Positions 63,884 to 64,000 of a stretch of 64,000 bases of DNA are shown here, piece after piece. Numbering within the stretch: the first letter of the stretch is position 1; each line of letters starts with the position of its first letter. The translations under genes and the position numbers were made by a program. Origin of the DNA: Parcubacteria group bacterium (GTDB taxonomy: Bacteria; Patescibacteriota; Minisyncoccia; Moranbacterales; UBA2206); assembly GCA_041661275.1 (NCBI GenBank), contig JBAZUU010000002.1, positions 137,148 through 201,147 on the forward strand, given 5' to 3'. A model generated the notes under the pieces. The model did no database searches. It worked only from the letters and a program-made list of their open reading frames with translations, and was not told where the DNA came from.

Positions 63884-64000
63884 TGCAATACTCGAAAAAA
63901 GTGCTGGAACATTTTACCCGCCCCCATAACCAAGGTGTTTTGAAAAATGCCGATGGTGTTGGTAGTGTCGGCAATCCTCAATGCGGAGATATAATGAAAA
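63884..64000 (+). CDS. iscU: Fe-S cluster assembly scaffold IscU/NifU, 3' end truncated by the window
   Basis: MQYSKKVLEHFTRPHNQGVLKNADGVGSVGNPQCGDIMK matches the IscU N-terminus including the first conserved Cys. Confidence 0.8.

Noticed and set aside
1-64000. CRISPR array, tRNA or rRNA genes
   Set aside because: No regularly spaced identical direct repeats of 24-40 nt with unique spacers were seen. No T-loop (GTTCGAATC-like) or acceptor-stem tRNA features were found in the intergenic regions. No rRNA-like conserved stretches.

Overview
This is a low-GC (~35%), gene-dense bacterial window with many 4-nt start/stop overlaps. I infer a Patescibacteria/CPR-like origin from the gene content; I did not test this. 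Four themes dominate. (1) A large cell-envelope glycosylation supercluster (~18.4-54 kb) holds seven paralogous GT-C fold (PMT/ArnT-like) membrane glycosyltransferases. It also holds about five GT4 and five GT2 enzymes, two nucleotide-sugar dehydrogenases, two flippase-like proteins, a DedA protein, a YdjC deacetylase, an O-antigen-ligase-like protein and an LCP ligase. (2) A 1421-aa secreted protein fuses parallel beta-helix repeats, an LCAT/PGAP1-like lipase domain and an Ig-like domain. (3) A putative defence/mobile island (~8.1-18.4 kb) carries an HNH nuclease, a LexA-like repressor, a BcgI-like (Type IIB/IIG-like) nuclease-methyltransferase with a separate HsdS-like subunit and an extra membrane/coiled-coil/zinc-ribbon gene, an unknown GC-richer ORF, RecQ and a RhuM-family protein. 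Each island gene is followed by a copy of one conserved motif, and the island contains DnaA-box-like 9-mers and a tandem palindrome array. (4) Housekeeping genes are present: L9, CTP synthase, L27, PurE, an S41 protease, and IscR-IscS-IscU. The most unusual signal is at least three families of MITE/REP-like palindromic elements. Several copies sit in-frame inside intact coding sequences (the O-antigen ligase, a GT-C-like membrane protein, and the IscS cysteine desulfurase), reminiscent of Rickettsia palindromic elements. I found no tRNA, rRNA or CRISPR array.
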